Source of the DNA: an uncultured Gammaproteobacteria bacterium
Lineage (GTDB): Bacteria > Patescibacteriota > Microgenomatia > Daviesbacterales > UBA10151
NCBI GenBank assembly: GCA_964523905.1
Contig: CAZFYQ010000002.1
Coordinates: forward strand, 2,177-66,176
Length of the DNA stretch: 64,000 bases
Direction of reading: 5' to 3'
Shown: positions 47,479 through 58,605 of the stretch, piece by piece
Numbering within the stretch: the stretch's first letter is position 1
How the letters are laid out: each line of letters starts with the position of its first letter
The notes under the pieces: model-generated
What the model was told of the DNA's origin: nothing
What the model saw: the letters and a program-made list of their open reading frames with translations, nothing else
The model's database searches: none
Position numbers and translations under genes: made by a program

Positions 47479-48756
47479 CTAATGACCTGAGGCAGTTGCC
47501 TGTTGCTGGGCTGCTCTTTGTTTTAAGATATCAGCTGCAGAAGATGGGGCAGCAGTATTTCCCTGAATTTGTCCAAAATTAGCAGAACCTGATGCAACTG
47601 GCTGAGGAATTGGGGTTGATGTCGGGATTACCGGAGCAGCTGTTGGCTCAGTGGCCTGAGTGGTTGCCGGAATTGAGGTGGTGGTTTTGGGTGGTTGACC
47701 AATGCCCAAGATAAAGTAAGCTGAAGCTGCTGCTACGATTACTAGCAAACCAATTCCCAGGCCAATTAACCATTTGGGAATAGATTTATGAGCTTCGGTT
47801 GGTACGGTTGGTACTTCAGGATTAGATAGGGGCGTGACTAAAGAGTCATCACCAAAAGCAGCAGGAGATGAGGCGTTACTGTCAGTAGCAGCCGGGGTTT
47901 CGCTTTGGTTAGGAGAAAGTAAATGGGAAAAATCTGTTGGAGCAGTGGGATTAGTGTCAGTATTTACTACTGAATTAGCATCCTGTGTCACCGGAGTATC
48001 CATTGCATAAGGACTGGAGGTTGGTCCGCTGGCAGCAGTTTGATCTATTGATGGAAAAGTGGGTGTAGGTACTGGATTGGCTGGAGGAGTTTGGCTCCAA
48101 GGATTATCTAACGGAGAAGTTGTTGGTGGGGCTGAAACATTATTTAAGGCACTGGTTGGATCAACCGGAGAAGGTGGAGCTGCAGTAGGTTCAGCCGGTG
48201 GCCAGGCAGGTGTAGGAGCCAGGTTACTGACAGGATAATCCATACTAGGAGCGCTTGGTGCAGGAGCTGGTGTTGGTTCAGGCATGGTAGGAGTTGTCAC
48301 TGGTTCTGGTGTAGGGGTTGGCAAAGGTTGCGCAGCAGGGGGCCAGGACGGTGTTGGTGTAGGAAGCGGTGGTAAAACCGGCTCCGGAGTACTAGCTGAG
48401 GGAGCTTGCGGCGTCGACATAGGTGACCAAGGGTTTGAGGCAGTAGCATCTGGCATGTTGGCAGCGGGATTTACTGCCGGAGGCCAACCACTGGGAGCAG
48501 CGCTTGGCCAAGCAGGAGCTGGTTGCGGAGCAGGCATACTTGGTTGGGGCATAGGAGCAGCAAAGCTGGGTTCAGGAGTTGGTGGGGTAAAACTGGGTGG
48601 AGGTGGGTAGCTAGGCGGTGGCGCAAAAGGTGGCGGTGGACTAGCCGGTGGCATATTGCCATTGGGAGAAAGCGGATCTGGTGTCGGTGGAGTGGCTCCA
48701 ACAGGAGAGGCAAAAGGATTAGGATTATTAGGATTTGGATTGTTTGAATTATCCAT
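47479..48756 (-). CDS. Proline/alanine/threonine-rich low-complexity protein with single TM helix near C-terminus
   Basis: PxP repeats throughout, and a hydrophobic helix WLIGLGIGLLVIVAAASAYFIL. Its biased composition is what generates the antisense ORFs in the track. Confidence 0.6.
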   Translation of the reverse strand: MDNSNNPNPNNPNPFASPVGATPPTPDPLSPNGNMPPASPPPPFAPPPSYPPPPSFTPPTPEPSFAAPMPQPSMPAPQPAPAWPSAAPSGWPPAVNPAANMPDATASNPWSPMSTPQAPSASTPEPVLPPLPTPTPSWPPAAQPLPTPTPEPVTTPTMPEPTPAPAPSAPSMDYPVSNLAPTPAWPPAEPTAAPPSPVDPTSALNNVSAPPTTSPLDNPWSQTPPANPVPTPTFPSIDQTAASGPTSSPYAMDTPVTQDANSVVNTDTNPTAPTDFSHLLSPNQSETPAATDSNASSPAAFGDDSLVTPLSNPEVPTVPTEAHKSIPKWLIGLGIGLLVIVAAASAYFILGIGQPPKTTTSIPATTQATEPTAAPVIPTSTPIPQPVASGSANFGQIQGNTAAPSSAADILKQRAAQQQATASGH

Positions 48757-48847
48757 TTGGGCAGTTTTAAAGTCACTGTAAGTGTATTTAAATTTAGATT
48801 TATTGTCAATATTATCTTTTATATCAATCTGTTAAAATATACAGATT

Positions 48848-51589
48848 ATGCTTGGAATATTTGGAAAACTATTAGATTCTAATGAGCGGGAGATTAATAA
48901 GTATAAGCCTCTAATTTCCCAGATTAATGATTTAGAAAAAAAGGTCTCGAAGCTAACTGACACTCAGCTTAAAGGTAAATTTGCCGAGTTTAAAGCAAAG
49001 TTCGAAAAAGGGGAAACGTTGGATTCAATGTTACCGGAAGTATTTGCTTTGGTTAGGGAGGCGGCGGGGAGGACTTTAAAGCTTCGCCATTTTGATGTGC
49101 AGTTAATTGCCTCAATTACTTTGCACCAGGGTAAAATTGCTGAACAACGTACTGGTGAAGGAAAAACCCTTTCCGCTACTCCAGCCTTGTTTTTAAATGC
49201 CATTGCCGGCAAAGGCGTGCATCTGGTAACAGTTAATGATTATCTGGCTCGTCGTGATTGTGGCTGGATGGGTCCGGTGTTTAATGCACTCGGTGCAACT
49301 GTGGCCACCATTATTCATGATCAGGCCTTTATTTTCGATCCCAAACATAAAGATACTTCACATGATGATAAAAGACTGCAGCATCTTCGTCCAGTGTCTC
49401 GTAAAGAAGCTTATGAGGCTGATATCACATATGGCACTAATAACGAATTTGGTTTTGATTATCTTAGAGATAACATGGCTTTTCGGCTGTCAGATCAATC
49501 TCAAAGAGGCCATTTCTTTGCGGTAGTAGATGAGGTGGACTCAATCTTAATTGATGAGGCCCGGACACCTTTGATTATTTCCCAGCCAGCCCAGGAAGCA
49601 ACTGATAAATATTATCAATTTTCCAAAATTATGGATGGATTGTCCCCGGCTGATTATGTGGTGGATGAAAAACTGCGCACTGCTCATTTAACCGAAGGCG
49701 GGATTTTAAAAATTGAAAAACAGCTAGGTGTGGATAATTTGTATGAAAAGGATTTTTCAACGTTACATCATTTGGAAGAGGCTTTAAAAGCCCGGACTTT
49801 GTTTCAAAAAGATAAAGATTATGTGGTTAAAGATGGGGAAGTGATTATTGTTGATGAATTTACCGGCCGGTTAATGATGGGAAGACGTTATTCCGAAGGT
49901 TTGCATCAGGCTATTGAAGCCAAAGAAGGGGTACCAATTCAACAAGAATCCCAAACGCTAGCGACTATTTCTTTTCAAAATTACTTTAGACTGTATCAAA
50001 AATTAGCCGGTATGACTGGGACTGCGGCCACTGAGGCAGAAGAGTTTAATAAAATTTATAAACTGGAAGTAGTGGTGATTCCCACAAATAATCCAATGGT
50101 CAGAGAGGATCATCCGGATTCAATTTATAAAACAGTAGCCGGAAAATATACTGCCGTGGCTAATTTGGTGGCAGAGCTTCATGAAAAAGGTCAGCCGGTT
50201 TTGGTAGGTACCACATCGATTGATAAAAATGAATTCTTGTCAGATCTTTTAAAACGCAAAGGGATTTCCCATGCTTTGTTAAATGCTAAAAATCATGAAA
50301 AAGAAGCGGAAATTATTTCTAAAGCAGGTGAAAAAGGTGCTGTAACTGTAGCCACTAATATGGCTGGTCGGGGTGTTGATATCGTGATGGGTAAAGGTGC
50401 CAAAGAATTGGGAGGTCTGTATGTGATTGGTACTGAGCGTCATGAATCAAGGCGAATTGATAATCAACTTCGAGGTCGGTCCGGCCGTCAGGGAGACCCA
50501 GGAGCTTCTCGGTTTTTTGTATCTTTGGAAGATGATTTAATGCGGATTTTTGGTGGAGAACAAGTGTCTAAGGTGATGGATTTTTTGAAAATGCCGGAAG
50601 ATACCCCGATTGAACATGGTTTGGTTTCCAAAGCTATTGAAGGCGCGCAGAAAAAAGTGGAGGGGCATAATTTTGATATCAGAAAGCACACTGTGGAATA
50701 CGATGATGTGATGAATCAGCAAAGGCAGATTATTTATGAAATCAGGAAAAAAGTTTTGGAAGTAGCAGAAAGTAAAGAGGAATCTTTAAAACAGGAGCTT
50801 TTGGAAAAAATTGAAAGAGAAATTACCAGTTTAGTATTAATTAATACTGAGGAAGAAACCAATGCGGAAAAAATTATTGAAGAATTTACCACTATTGTAC
50901 CTTTAGATGAACATGGCAAAAAAGATATGGCTTCCCAAATTAAAATTTCTCCGGGAACAGAGGCGATCACGAAATTTTTGATTGATTCCAGTTTGAATTT
51001 TTATAATCAAAGAGAGCAGCATGTAGGACCAGAGGTGGCTAGGCAAATGGAAGTATTTGTTTACTTAAACACCATTGATACTTTATGGATTGAACACTTA
51101 GATACTATGGATGATTTGCGGTCTGGTATTGGTCTGCGGGGATATGCCCAGCGTGATCCGTTAATTGAATATAAGCGTGAAGGTTTTGATTTATTTGAAA
51201 AATTAATGGTGGAAGTGGATTATGAAATAGTTCATCGGATTTATAAAATAGCTGAACAAGGTCAGCAGCCAATGATTGCCGCAGATCCAATCAGATTAGA
51301 CCAGGCAGTGGAAGTCCGTCCCAATGTTGATATTAGTCTTGAACAGGAAACTTCTGATCCTAGAGTATCCCACCTCCCAGGTGAAGTTGAAGAAGTTACA
51401 TCAGTCGGACACCTGGGAGGTGAAAGCGGAGAAACCAAAGTGACTATTGAAAGAGGTGGTCAAGTAATAGCCCAAGAAACCTATGGTTCCACTGGTCAAT
51501 TAAATAATGCTCATGGTAAATTAGGCCGCAATGATCCTTGCTGGTGCGGGTCTGGTAAAAAATATAAAAAGTGCCATTATCCTAATTAA
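48848..51589 (+). CDS. secA: Preprotein translocase ATPase SecA
   Basis: DEAD-like motor motifs and a C-terminal zinc-binding CWCGSGKKYKKCH. Confidence 0.95.
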   Translation: MLGIFGKLLDSNEREINKYKPLISQINDLEKKVSKLTDTQLKGKFAEFKAKFEKGETLDSMLPEVFALVREAAGRTLKLRHFDVQLIASITLHQGKIAEQRTGEGKTLSATPALFLNAIAGKGVHLVTVNDYLARRDCGWMGPVFNALGATVATIIHDQAFIFDPKHKDTSHDDKRLQHLRPVSRKEAYEADITYGTNNEFGFDYLRDNMAFRLSDQSQRGHFFAVVDEVDSILIDEARTPLIISQPAQEATDKYYQFSKIMDGLSPADYVVDEKLRTAHLTEGGILKIEKQLGVDNLYEKDFSTLHHLEEALKARTLFQKDKDYVVKDGEVIIVDEFTGRLMMGRRYSEGLHQAIEAKEGVPIQQESQTLATISFQNYFRLYQKLAGMTGTAATEAEEFNKIYKLEVVVIPTNNPMVREDHPDSIYKTVAGKYTAVANLVAELHEKGQPVLVGTTSIDKNEFLSDLLKRKGISHALLNAKNHEKEAEIISKAGEKGAVTVATNMAGRGVDIVMGKGAKELGGLYVIGTERHESRRIDNQLRGRSGRQGDPGASRFFVSLEDDLMRIFGGEQVSKVMDFLKMPEDTPIEHGLVSKAIEGAQKKVEGHNFDIRKHTVEYDDVMNQQRQIIYEIRKKVLEVAESKEESLKQELLEKIEREITSLVLINTEEETNAEKIIEEFTTIVPLDEHGKKDMASQIKISPGTEAITKFLIDSSLNFYNQREQHVGPEVARQMEVFVYLNTIDTLWIEHLDTMDDLRSGIGLRGYAQRDPLIEYKREGFDLFEKLMVEVDYEIVHRIYKIAEQGQQPMIAADPIRLDQAVEVRPNVDISLEQETSDPRVSHLPGEVEEVTSVGHLGGESGETKVTIERGGQVIAQETYGSTGQLNNAHGKLGRNDPCWCGSGKKYKKCHYPN

Positions 51590-51634
51590 TCAGTCAGCTT
51601 GGATATCCGCTTCGACTTCATGTAATATTAATCT

Positions 51635-54600
51635 ATGCCCGAAATAGCAGATGTAGCAGTTCTAGATAAAGTGGCAATAAGTTTAGCCCCGCGTGATAAT
51701 GACCCAGCAAAATTTAATGGTGATATCGCTGATGAATTTTCGCAAACAAATATTGAGCCACTAACTCCTATGAAGGGAGCAATTGTGATTCTGGTAAAAG
51801 AAGGGTTTAATCAACCTCAGATAGAACATAATTTCTACAATGAAATGCAGCAGGAAATGGCCTACTTTTCTCGTACCAGAGATTTAGAAATAGGTAGTGA
51901 AAGAACCAATTTTTTGGAACAAAGAATAATTGATCCTTTAATGCCTACCCTTGAGAGCCAAGGGGTTAGTAGACCAAGGATAGTGATTATGAGAAAAGGA
52001 GAAGAACCAGAGGCTTTTGTGATGCCTGATGGAACAATCTTTTTATCCCAATCTTTAATTAATTCACTAGATACTATCGATGAGATTGGCGGTGTGGTAG
52101 CTCATGAATTAGGCCACTTAATTAATAGAACTTTCAATAAAAAAGTTGAAGCTAACCAAGCTAGTAAAATGGGTGTGGGTTGGTTGCATGAGGCAGCTTC
52201 CGACATGGGGGCACAAGCATTGCTAGAAAGGGCAAATTTAAATTCATATGCCTTTGGTGATGCTATAAAAAAAATTGCAAGAGTTTCAAGAGATATTGAA
52301 CACCAAACTGGTTTAATTAGGGCGGTTGAAGTAAATGCAATGCATAGTGCTATTAACTTTAGTACTAGTAATAAAACACCAGAAAAAATTACCGATCATC
52401 ATCAAAGCCTCTATCATGAATTAACCCCAACTAATTTGGAATTATTGAATGTAGCAATTACCACTGGAAATAAGGAAAGATTTTTAGAGGGAATTGCTAA
52501 ACTTCATCCTAAAGACTTGGAAAAAATCTATAAGACTGGTTATTTCAGACAAAGTCACTTAGATAGATCTTTCATAAACGCTTCACTTGCTGAATTAGTT
52601 TCAAAAAGATTACACACAGCAGGATATAGTGATGCTGAAATAGCTGGTTTTCTAATCTATACAGGAGGACTCCTCTCGAAAGTAAATTTTCCTAATTCGG
52701 AGATGGTTTCCCAATTGGGCGATTTTTTTACCAGGGATGACCGAGACATTGTTCATTATAGAATGTATAGAGAAATATTCCAAAATAGATTCTCTTCTGA
52801 TGAGCCAACAGTTCTTACCTACGTCAATTATTTGAAAAGTCAAATGTTCATTGAAGGAACAGAATACCCAGGTAGGATAATGCCTATAACTGAGGAGGTT
52901 TTGCTAGATACTCTTTATAAAGTTACCCATGTTGAATTACCGGCTGATAAGCGTAGTTATAAACATACTATAGAAAGTGTAGTTAAGGATTGTCTATTTG
53001 TTTACATAAAGCAAAAATATGGTGTGATGCAAGATACCGTTAATATTCCTGTTGCTGAAATTACCCCCTTTTTAGAAAAGGTAAAACAGAAAGATATTCC
53101 AATATTTAATTACTTTAATAAGGAAATAGAAAATCCAGAATTGATTTCTTTATTTAAACAGATTTTACTTCCTCCTGAAGTAAGGTTGAAGGTAGGATTT
53201 CAAGATATTGATGCTTTTTTCGAATTAATTGATGATCCTGAATTTTCTAGAGGAGATTTCGCTAAAAAGTTAACATGGGAAGTGCATCAATTAAATGAGT
53301 ATTTCAACCAAGAAAGCATAACCGATTCTAAAAGAGGTGAATATATTAGTTATATTTTTAACAAAATTGATCAGCTGCAAAATATCAGCGTAGACAGATC
53401 AATACTTGCAACCTTAAGTCCAGATAAAGCGAAAAGCCCTGGAGAACAGGGCAGGGAATATAACGATGCTTTAGTTAGGTTTAACCTTAAAATGATTTAT
53501 GCGGCAAATGTATTTGAAAAAGACGGTGAGGAGTACTACAGGTATCTTAATCAAGCCATGGTCGAATCTAATATTCCCTTTGAAGATTTATCATTTGAGC
53601 AGCTAATTAATATTTCTCAAGGACTACTAGAATCAGAGAGTGACAGATCACCTCACTTTATCAGTTATTTGCAAGAAGGTTCCGGGGGATCCCTTGCATT
53701 TCACCATAAAGCAGAATGGGGGGTTACTGACTTTACCAAATTTTCAGAGTTGCCATTAATTAGAGCAGCCATTAACAAACAAGAGCACTTAAATTTTAGC
53801 AACATAGCAGAATTAAATAACCATGTAATAACTCTTTTAAGAGAAGCTGTAATTGATTCACAAGCAAATACTATTACACTACCATATAAAGGAATGCATT
53901 TCGGATTATATGAAACAAGTATAAAATCCCTTATTTTTGGTAAAGGTATCAGAAAAGAATTTATCAGATTACTGAACCAGGGTGTGCCAGTTGGAGAATA
54001 TGATGAGGTCTATCACTTTTTGTCTCGCCATTTCGCTGATAGTCAGGAAACAAAATCCATTATGAGAGAAATCAGTAAAAGATATTTGCAGTCAGATGCA
54101 TCATTAGAGGAAAAAACAACATATTTACGAGCCAATTTTTCAATGATAGGGCCTGAAGGAATGGTAATGTTGGGAAATCAAATTGATACTATGGCTGATT
54201 ATTTAGCATTTAGAAAAGAAATGGGTGAGCATTTACAAAAATCTTTAAATGGTTCTTTAACAACCTCTCTTATTGCCGCAGCAGATTTTACTACATCTCA
54301 AATACCTGAAAAAGATCAATTATTTAATACATGTTCAGAAGATCCGGAGGAAAGCAAACATGATACAACCAATTTTGCGAACAAATGGTTGCAAACGAAC
54401 TTTAGTTATATGGGGGGCTTTATTGCTTTTGATAATAAAACAAAAACAATAGTAGTTGATGAAAGGGAGAGGGGAGCTTTTAGATCTTTCGCGGATATAA
54501 TTTCCTCATTAAAAGATTTAACTAATATCCAAAGAATAGCAGTGGCTTTAAAAGCTTTAGTAGATCAGGATGGAGCTCTAGCTAATTCCGATAATAAAGA

Positions 54601-56305
54601 AATATTGGCAAAGAGGGTAATTAGTTCCCTAGATGTTAATGATAATTTTATTCACGCTGTTTTAAAAACCGCTATCACCCTTGAGGATCCGGAGCAAGGT
54701 GTTGGATATGAAGATATTATTGCTTTTCCTGTAGCTAGAATGATTGCCCCGCTTTTATTTAATTCCTTAGATGTTAATTCATTAGACTTTTCGGACATAT
54801 CTACCCCCCAACCCAATTGGCATGTAGATAAAAGTAAATTACCAGATGAAGCTGATTTACCTAGAATTTTAACTGCGGATACAAGGGCGCTACTATTTTT
54901 CGGTAGGAGATTTATTGATGATCCTAATTCCTTGTTGGCGAGATTAGCAGGTGAAAGCAACGATGAGTATTATGAATCATTGAGATTGTTAAGAGAAAAT
55001 TTTCCTCAGTTAATTACAACCAAAATTGAGGAAGGATCAGGTTCAGAATTAGCTCCGGCTACCGAGGCGGTTATCAAAGGTATTGAGACAACGGCATTAG
55101 GTATTAGAACCTTACAACTAGCTAGGCAGCTATACGATTTTCCACCTGCGATTGATAGAAGATTATCAAATTTACTTGATGCTAACCCGGGTATAGAAAA
55201 GATTTTACTTTGGGAAAATTTAGTAAAGTTATCAGGAGAAAAGCCAGAAGTAAAAGATTATTTGGAGGGAGTGGTTGAAATAAAACAAAAATTAGGCGGA
55301 GGAAGCTTGTATACGGTTTTTGAAGCCTTAGTTAATGATGGTCAGGGTGGATATAAAAGAACAGTTATAAAATATCTAAATCCTAATGCCATTAGTTTAA
55401 TTAAAAAAGCTTATGCATTAGGTCATGATACTTTGGAACAAGTCAAAGAAGATACAACTTCTCCAGAATTTACTGATCGTGTGAGACAAAGAAGATTTGC
55501 TGATCTGGGTTTACTTTTGCTTGATTTATCACAAGCATGGTGCATTAAGGACATTTCAGACAAAACATTTTTGGAGGATGATAGAAATTTCAGACAGACT
55601 ATTAATGAATTTAATCAAAAACTAGGAAGTAATGTTTTCTTTGCACCTGAAATTGATTTTAATTCCACTGACCTTAAATCAGAATCATTATCCGAAGACC
55701 CAACTCTTAATAAAGTTTTAAATGATGACAGCATAGAACCTGCGATTAAGAAACAAGCAATTGAATATATCACCAGGTTTTATGCTTACCAGATGAGGAA
55801 TCAAGCCATTAAAGATGCCGATGGTAAGAGACACTATTTGCTGCATTCAGATCCTCATCCAGGAAACTTTACTGTAAAAATAGAAGATGGACAGATCATT
55901 CGTATAGGCATTCTGGATCGAAACATGTATCTTAATTTATCAGATGCGCAAATAGCAGCAGTTGCTCCTTTAGTTAAAGAACAAGGCAATTTTGGATTTG
56001 TGGTAACTTTTGTTAATCAAATATTAGAACTTGATAAAGAAAGAAATCCAGACAGGAAAGTAACCCTAATGGAAAAACTTAAATTTGGTAATAAATTTGT
56101 CCGCGAGTTGGCTAGACAATATGGACCGAAAGCTTTAGCAACTGGTGGAGTAGACAGCATGGTGCTTTTACGAAGCTTATTTGAATCATTTATTGCTGAG
56201 GGGTTGGCGATTCCTTTAGAATTGCAGCTGGCCATTAAAAATATTCAAGCAATGAAAGAACTCTCAAAGCGTCATGGTTTTAAATTTGAAGATAGTTTTA
56301 AATAG
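51635..56305 (+). CDS. Giant hypothetical protein (1556 aa) with single HExxH motif (AHELGHL) near N-terminus
   Basis: An uninterrupted 4.7-kb ORF with no other recognisable domain. Confidence 0.6.
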   Translation: MPEIADVAVLDKVAISLAPRDNDPAKFNGDIADEFSQTNIEPLTPMKGAIVILVKEGFNQPQIEHNFYNEMQQEMAYFSRTRDLEIGSERTNFLEQRIIDPLMPTLESQGVSRPRIVIMRKGEEPEAFVMPDGTIFLSQSLINSLDTIDEIGGVVAHELGHLINRTFNKKVEANQASKMGVGWLHEAASDMGAQALLERANLNSYAFGDAIKKIARVSRDIEHQTGLIRAVEVNAMHSAINFSTSNKTPEKITDHHQSLYHELTPTNLELLNVAITTGNKERFLEGIAKLHPKDLEKIYKTGYFRQSHLDRSFINASLAELVSKRLHTAGYSDAEIAGFLIYTGGLLSKVNFPNSEMVSQLGDFFTRDDRDIVHYRMYREIFQNRFSSDEPTVLTYVNYLKSQMFIEGTEYPGRIMPITEEVLLDTLYKVTHVELPADKRSYKHTIESVVKDCLFVYIKQKYGVMQDTVNIPVAEITPFLEKVKQKDIPIFNYFNKEIENPELISLFKQILLPPEVRLKVGFQDIDAFFELIDDPEFSRGDFAKKLTWEVHQLNEYFNQESITDSKRGEYISYIFNKIDQLQNISVDRSILATLSPDKAKSPGEQGREYNDALVRFNLKMIYAANVFEKDGEEYYRYLNQAMVESNIPFEDLSFEQLINISQGLLESESDRSPHFISYLQEGSGGSLAFHHKAEWGVTDFTKFSELPLIRAAINKQEHLNFSNIAELNNHVITLLREAVIDSQANTITLPYKGMHFGLYETSIKSLIFGKGIRKEFIRLLNQGVPVGEYDEVYHFLSRHFADSQETKSIMREISKRYLQSDASLEEKTTYLRANFSMIGPEGMVMLGNQIDTMADYLAFRKEMGEHLQKSLNGSLTTSLIAAADFTTSQIPEKDQLFNTCSEDPEESKHDTTNFANKWLQTNFSYMGGFIAFDNKTKTIVVDERERGAFRSFADIISSLKDLTNIQRIAVALKALVDQDGALANSDNKEILAKRVISSLDVNDNFIHAVLKTAITLEDPEQGVGYEDIIAFPVARMIAPLLFNSLDVNSLDFSDISTPQPNWHVDKSKLPDEADLPRILTADTRALLFFGRRFIDDPNSLLARLAGESNDEYYESLRLLRENFPQLITTKIEEGSGSELAPATEAVIKGIETTALGIRTLQLARQLYDFPPAIDRRLSNLLDANPGIEKILLWENLVKLSGEKPEVKDYLEGVVEIKQKLGGGSLYTVFEALVNDGQGGYKRTVIKYLNPNAISLIKKAYALGHDTLEQVKEDTTSPEFTDRVRQRRFADLGLLLLDLSQAWCIKDISDKTFLEDDRNFRQTINEFNQKLGSNVFFAPEIDFNSTDLKSESLSEDPTLNKVLNDDSIEPAIKKQAIEYITRFYAYQMRNQAIKDADGKRHYLLHSDPHPGNFTVKIEDGQIIRIGILDRNMYLNLSDAQIAAVAPLVKEQGNFGFVVTFVNQILELDKERNPDRKVTLMEKLKFGNKFVRELARQYGPKALATGGVDSMVLLRSLFESFIAEGLAIPLELQLAIKNIQAMKELSKRHGFKFEDSFK

Positions 56306-56307
56306 CA

Positions 56308-57108
56308 ATGGTTAAGTATCAAAGTGAGTTAACTCCAGACTGGGTAAAACTTAAATTACCAAAAAGACCCAAAGATGCGAATAAGGGGACTTTTGGGAAG
56401 GTGTTGGTAATTGCGGGATCCAAAAATTATCCAGGAGCTGCATATCTTGCATGTGCCGGCGCATATCGAGTCGGAGCAGGGCTGGTTAGTCTAATTACTT
56501 CCCCTGAGGTAAAAATAATTGTTTCCCGGATGTTACCGGAACTCACCTTTCTAACAAAACCAGATCCAAATTATGATGTTTTATTATTTGGTCCGGGTTT
56601 AGGAGAAAAAGTAAGTCCCAAATTTATTAACAATTTAACTACTGCTGTAATTGATGGTGATGGTTTGCAGTTTTTTGATAAAAGAAAAAAACCGGCTGTT
56701 TTAACACCACATCCAAAAGAAATGTCTGGCATGACTGGAATTAGTGTTGAAGAAATTCAAAAAAATAGAGAAAAAATAGCTAAAGAATTTGCAAAAAAGT
56801 GGAATAAAGTAGTGGTTATAAAAGGAGCAGAAACTGTGATTGCCTCCCCCAGCGGAGAAGTTAAAGTTTCTCCTTTTGTAAATCCCCTACTTGCTACTGC
56901 CGGAACAGGAGATGTTTTAAGTGGAATTATTGCGGGATTAATTGTCCAGGGATTAAATAATTTTGATGCTGCTTGTGTTGGTGTTTATTTACATGGTCTG
57001 GCTGCGGAAATGTTAAAGAAAAAATTTGGGGATCGGGGAATGCTGGCGTCTGATTTATTAGCGCAGTTGCCAAAAGCTACTGTACATATCCAAACATTGA
57101 ATCAGTGA
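56308..57108 (+). CDS. nnrD: ADP/ATP-dependent NAD(P)H-hydrate dehydratase (YjeF C-terminal domain)
   Basis: GSKNYPGAAYL, GPGLG and GTGDVLSG motifs. Confidence 0.8.
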   Translation: MVKYQSELTPDWVKLKLPKRPKDANKGTFGKVLVIAGSKNYPGAAYLACAGAYRVGAGLVSLITSPEVKIIVSRMLPELTFLTKPDPNYDVLLFGPGLGEKVSPKFINNLTTAVIDGDGLQFFDKRKKPAVLTPHPKEMSGMTGISVEEIQKNREKIAKEFAKKWNKVVVIKGAETVIASPSGEVKVSPFVNPLLATAGTGDVLSGIIAGLIVQGLNNFDAACVGVYLHGLAAEMLKKKFGDRGMLASDLLAQLPKATVHIQTLNQ

Positions 57109-58549
57109 CATTAGTATCCGGGGTCTGACAGCTTTGATCGATTTTATCTTGGCTTGGAATATGGGCTGGAGGGATTAAACCAATGTGGCCGAATTTTTGC
57201 GTCACTTCTTTTTCGGATAATTCATCAGGAATAACAATGTTATAAACTGGCACATTAATTGTGGGATGGACTAAATGTAATTTGGCCAGCCAAAAGAAAT
57301 ATCTAAAGCCAACATTTTCACCAGGAGCAGTTATATAAGAAACTCCAAAACAAGGAAAGCCTTTGGAAGTTGAATCCTGTTTGATATATTCCACTAATCC
57401 TTTTCTTTCCAAATAACCTTTGTGATATAAATTAACTGTCATCATGTATTCGGCATTTTTAACAGCCACTGTAATTAATAGTAGAGCGACAACAATTTTT
57501 ATTAACTGATTTTTCTGACTTAAATACCCCAAAGCCAAACTAACAAAGGCAATTAAGATTACATTAATATTGGAAAAATAATATTCGGAGATTGGAGAAG
57601 AAGTAACAGAGAAAAATATAATCACTCCCAAAATCCATCCATATAGGGGCCATAAATCTTTTACAGAAATAATTTTGCTTTTGATTAATGAAAAAGGGAT
57701 TAGTAAGATTAAAATTACAAAGAAGATATTATTGGTTACTACAAAACTCTGTGGAGCAAATAGTAGAGAGTTAGTGTTTTGAGTGATCATTGAAAGAACA
57801 TGGATAAATTTGGATATCCCGGTTGGTCCCTCATGTGGTGTGGTGAAATTTTGCACTAAAGCAATGCTTTGTTGGAAATGATGTCTAACTTCAAATAAAA
57901 CTAAAGGTAGTGATGGAATAATAAAGGCAATTAACGATAAACTTAATTGTTTGACAGTTGGAATTTTTTTAGAAACCAGCACGGCAATTGGGATTGCAAT
58001 TAATGTCGGAATTAATGCAATATGGACATGCCAGATCAGCCCTACGAGTAAACCAAGTAATGGGAGGACTTGGTAATTTTTCCGGGAAATCATAATGATG
58101 GCGTAAAAATACCAAACAGCCCAAATAGAAGTAGTAACAGTAGGAACAGACCAACGATCGGCGCCAACAGTTGTTAGTAAGACTGCATATAAAAAAACTC
58201 CAATCAATCCGGTTTCTTTGTTAAATAGCTTTGATAGAACCAGATAATAACTAAGAATAGTAAATAGTCCCAAGATAGTTACCGGAATTAAAGCGCCAAC
58301 AGGGTCCATATTGGTCAGTAGAAAAAAGGGGACCAGTGAGTAATAAAATAGCGGGCCAATAAAAATTCCCGGAGCAGAAGTAAGTTGTCCGATTAATCGA
58401 AAATGATGATTAACTACTATATCTTTGACCATCCAGGAATATAAATCTTGATCATGGGCATAGTCATAGCGCTCTACAATCATGTAAGTTCTAAAAAATA
58501 AACCTACTAGTAAAATTAGTCCAAGCAGTATCAGGTGATAGCGGCGCAT
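57077..58549 (-). CDS. Polytopic membrane glycosyltransferase, GT39/GT83 (ArnT/PMT)-like
   Basis: The N-terminal loop carries a D-rich motif (YDYAHDQD) after TM1, followed by many TM helices. It is a paralog of the 62430 gene. Confidence 0.6.
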   Translation of the reverse strand: MRRYHLILLGLILLVGLFFRTYMIVERYDYAHDQDLYSWMVKDIVVNHHFRLIGQLTSAPGIFIGPLFYYSLVPFFLLTNMDPVGALIPVTILGLFTILSYYLVLSKLFNKETGLIGVFLYAVLLTTVGADRWSVPTVTTSIWAVWYFYAIIMISRKNYQVLPLLGLLVGLIWHVHIALIPTLIAIPIAVLVSKKIPTVKQLSLSLIAFIIPSLPLVLFEVRHHFQQSIALVQNFTTPHEGPTGISKFIHVLSMITQNTNSLLFAPQSFVVTNNIFFVILILLIPFSLIKSKIISVKDLWPLYGWILGVIIFFSVTSSPISEYYFSNINVILIAFVSLALGYLSQKNQLIKIVVALLLITVAVKNAEYMMTVNLYHKGYLERKGLVEYIKQDSTSKGFPCFGVSYITAPGENVGFRYFFWLAKLHLVHPTINVPVYNIVIPDELSEKEVTQKFGHIGLIPPAHIPSQDKIDQSCQTPDTNVTDSMFGYVQ

Positions 58550-58605
58550 TTATATTTGATAGTAACAGCTTGAATTTGAATGTGCAAACAGTTCCTGCTA
58601 CTATT

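Noticed and set aside
48284-48809. Several ORFs (108, 112 and 74 aa) overlapping the Pro-rich protein gene on both strands
   Set aside because: Artefacts of the GC- and repeat-rich PxP-coding sequence; Gly-rich or His/Leu-rich nonsense translations.
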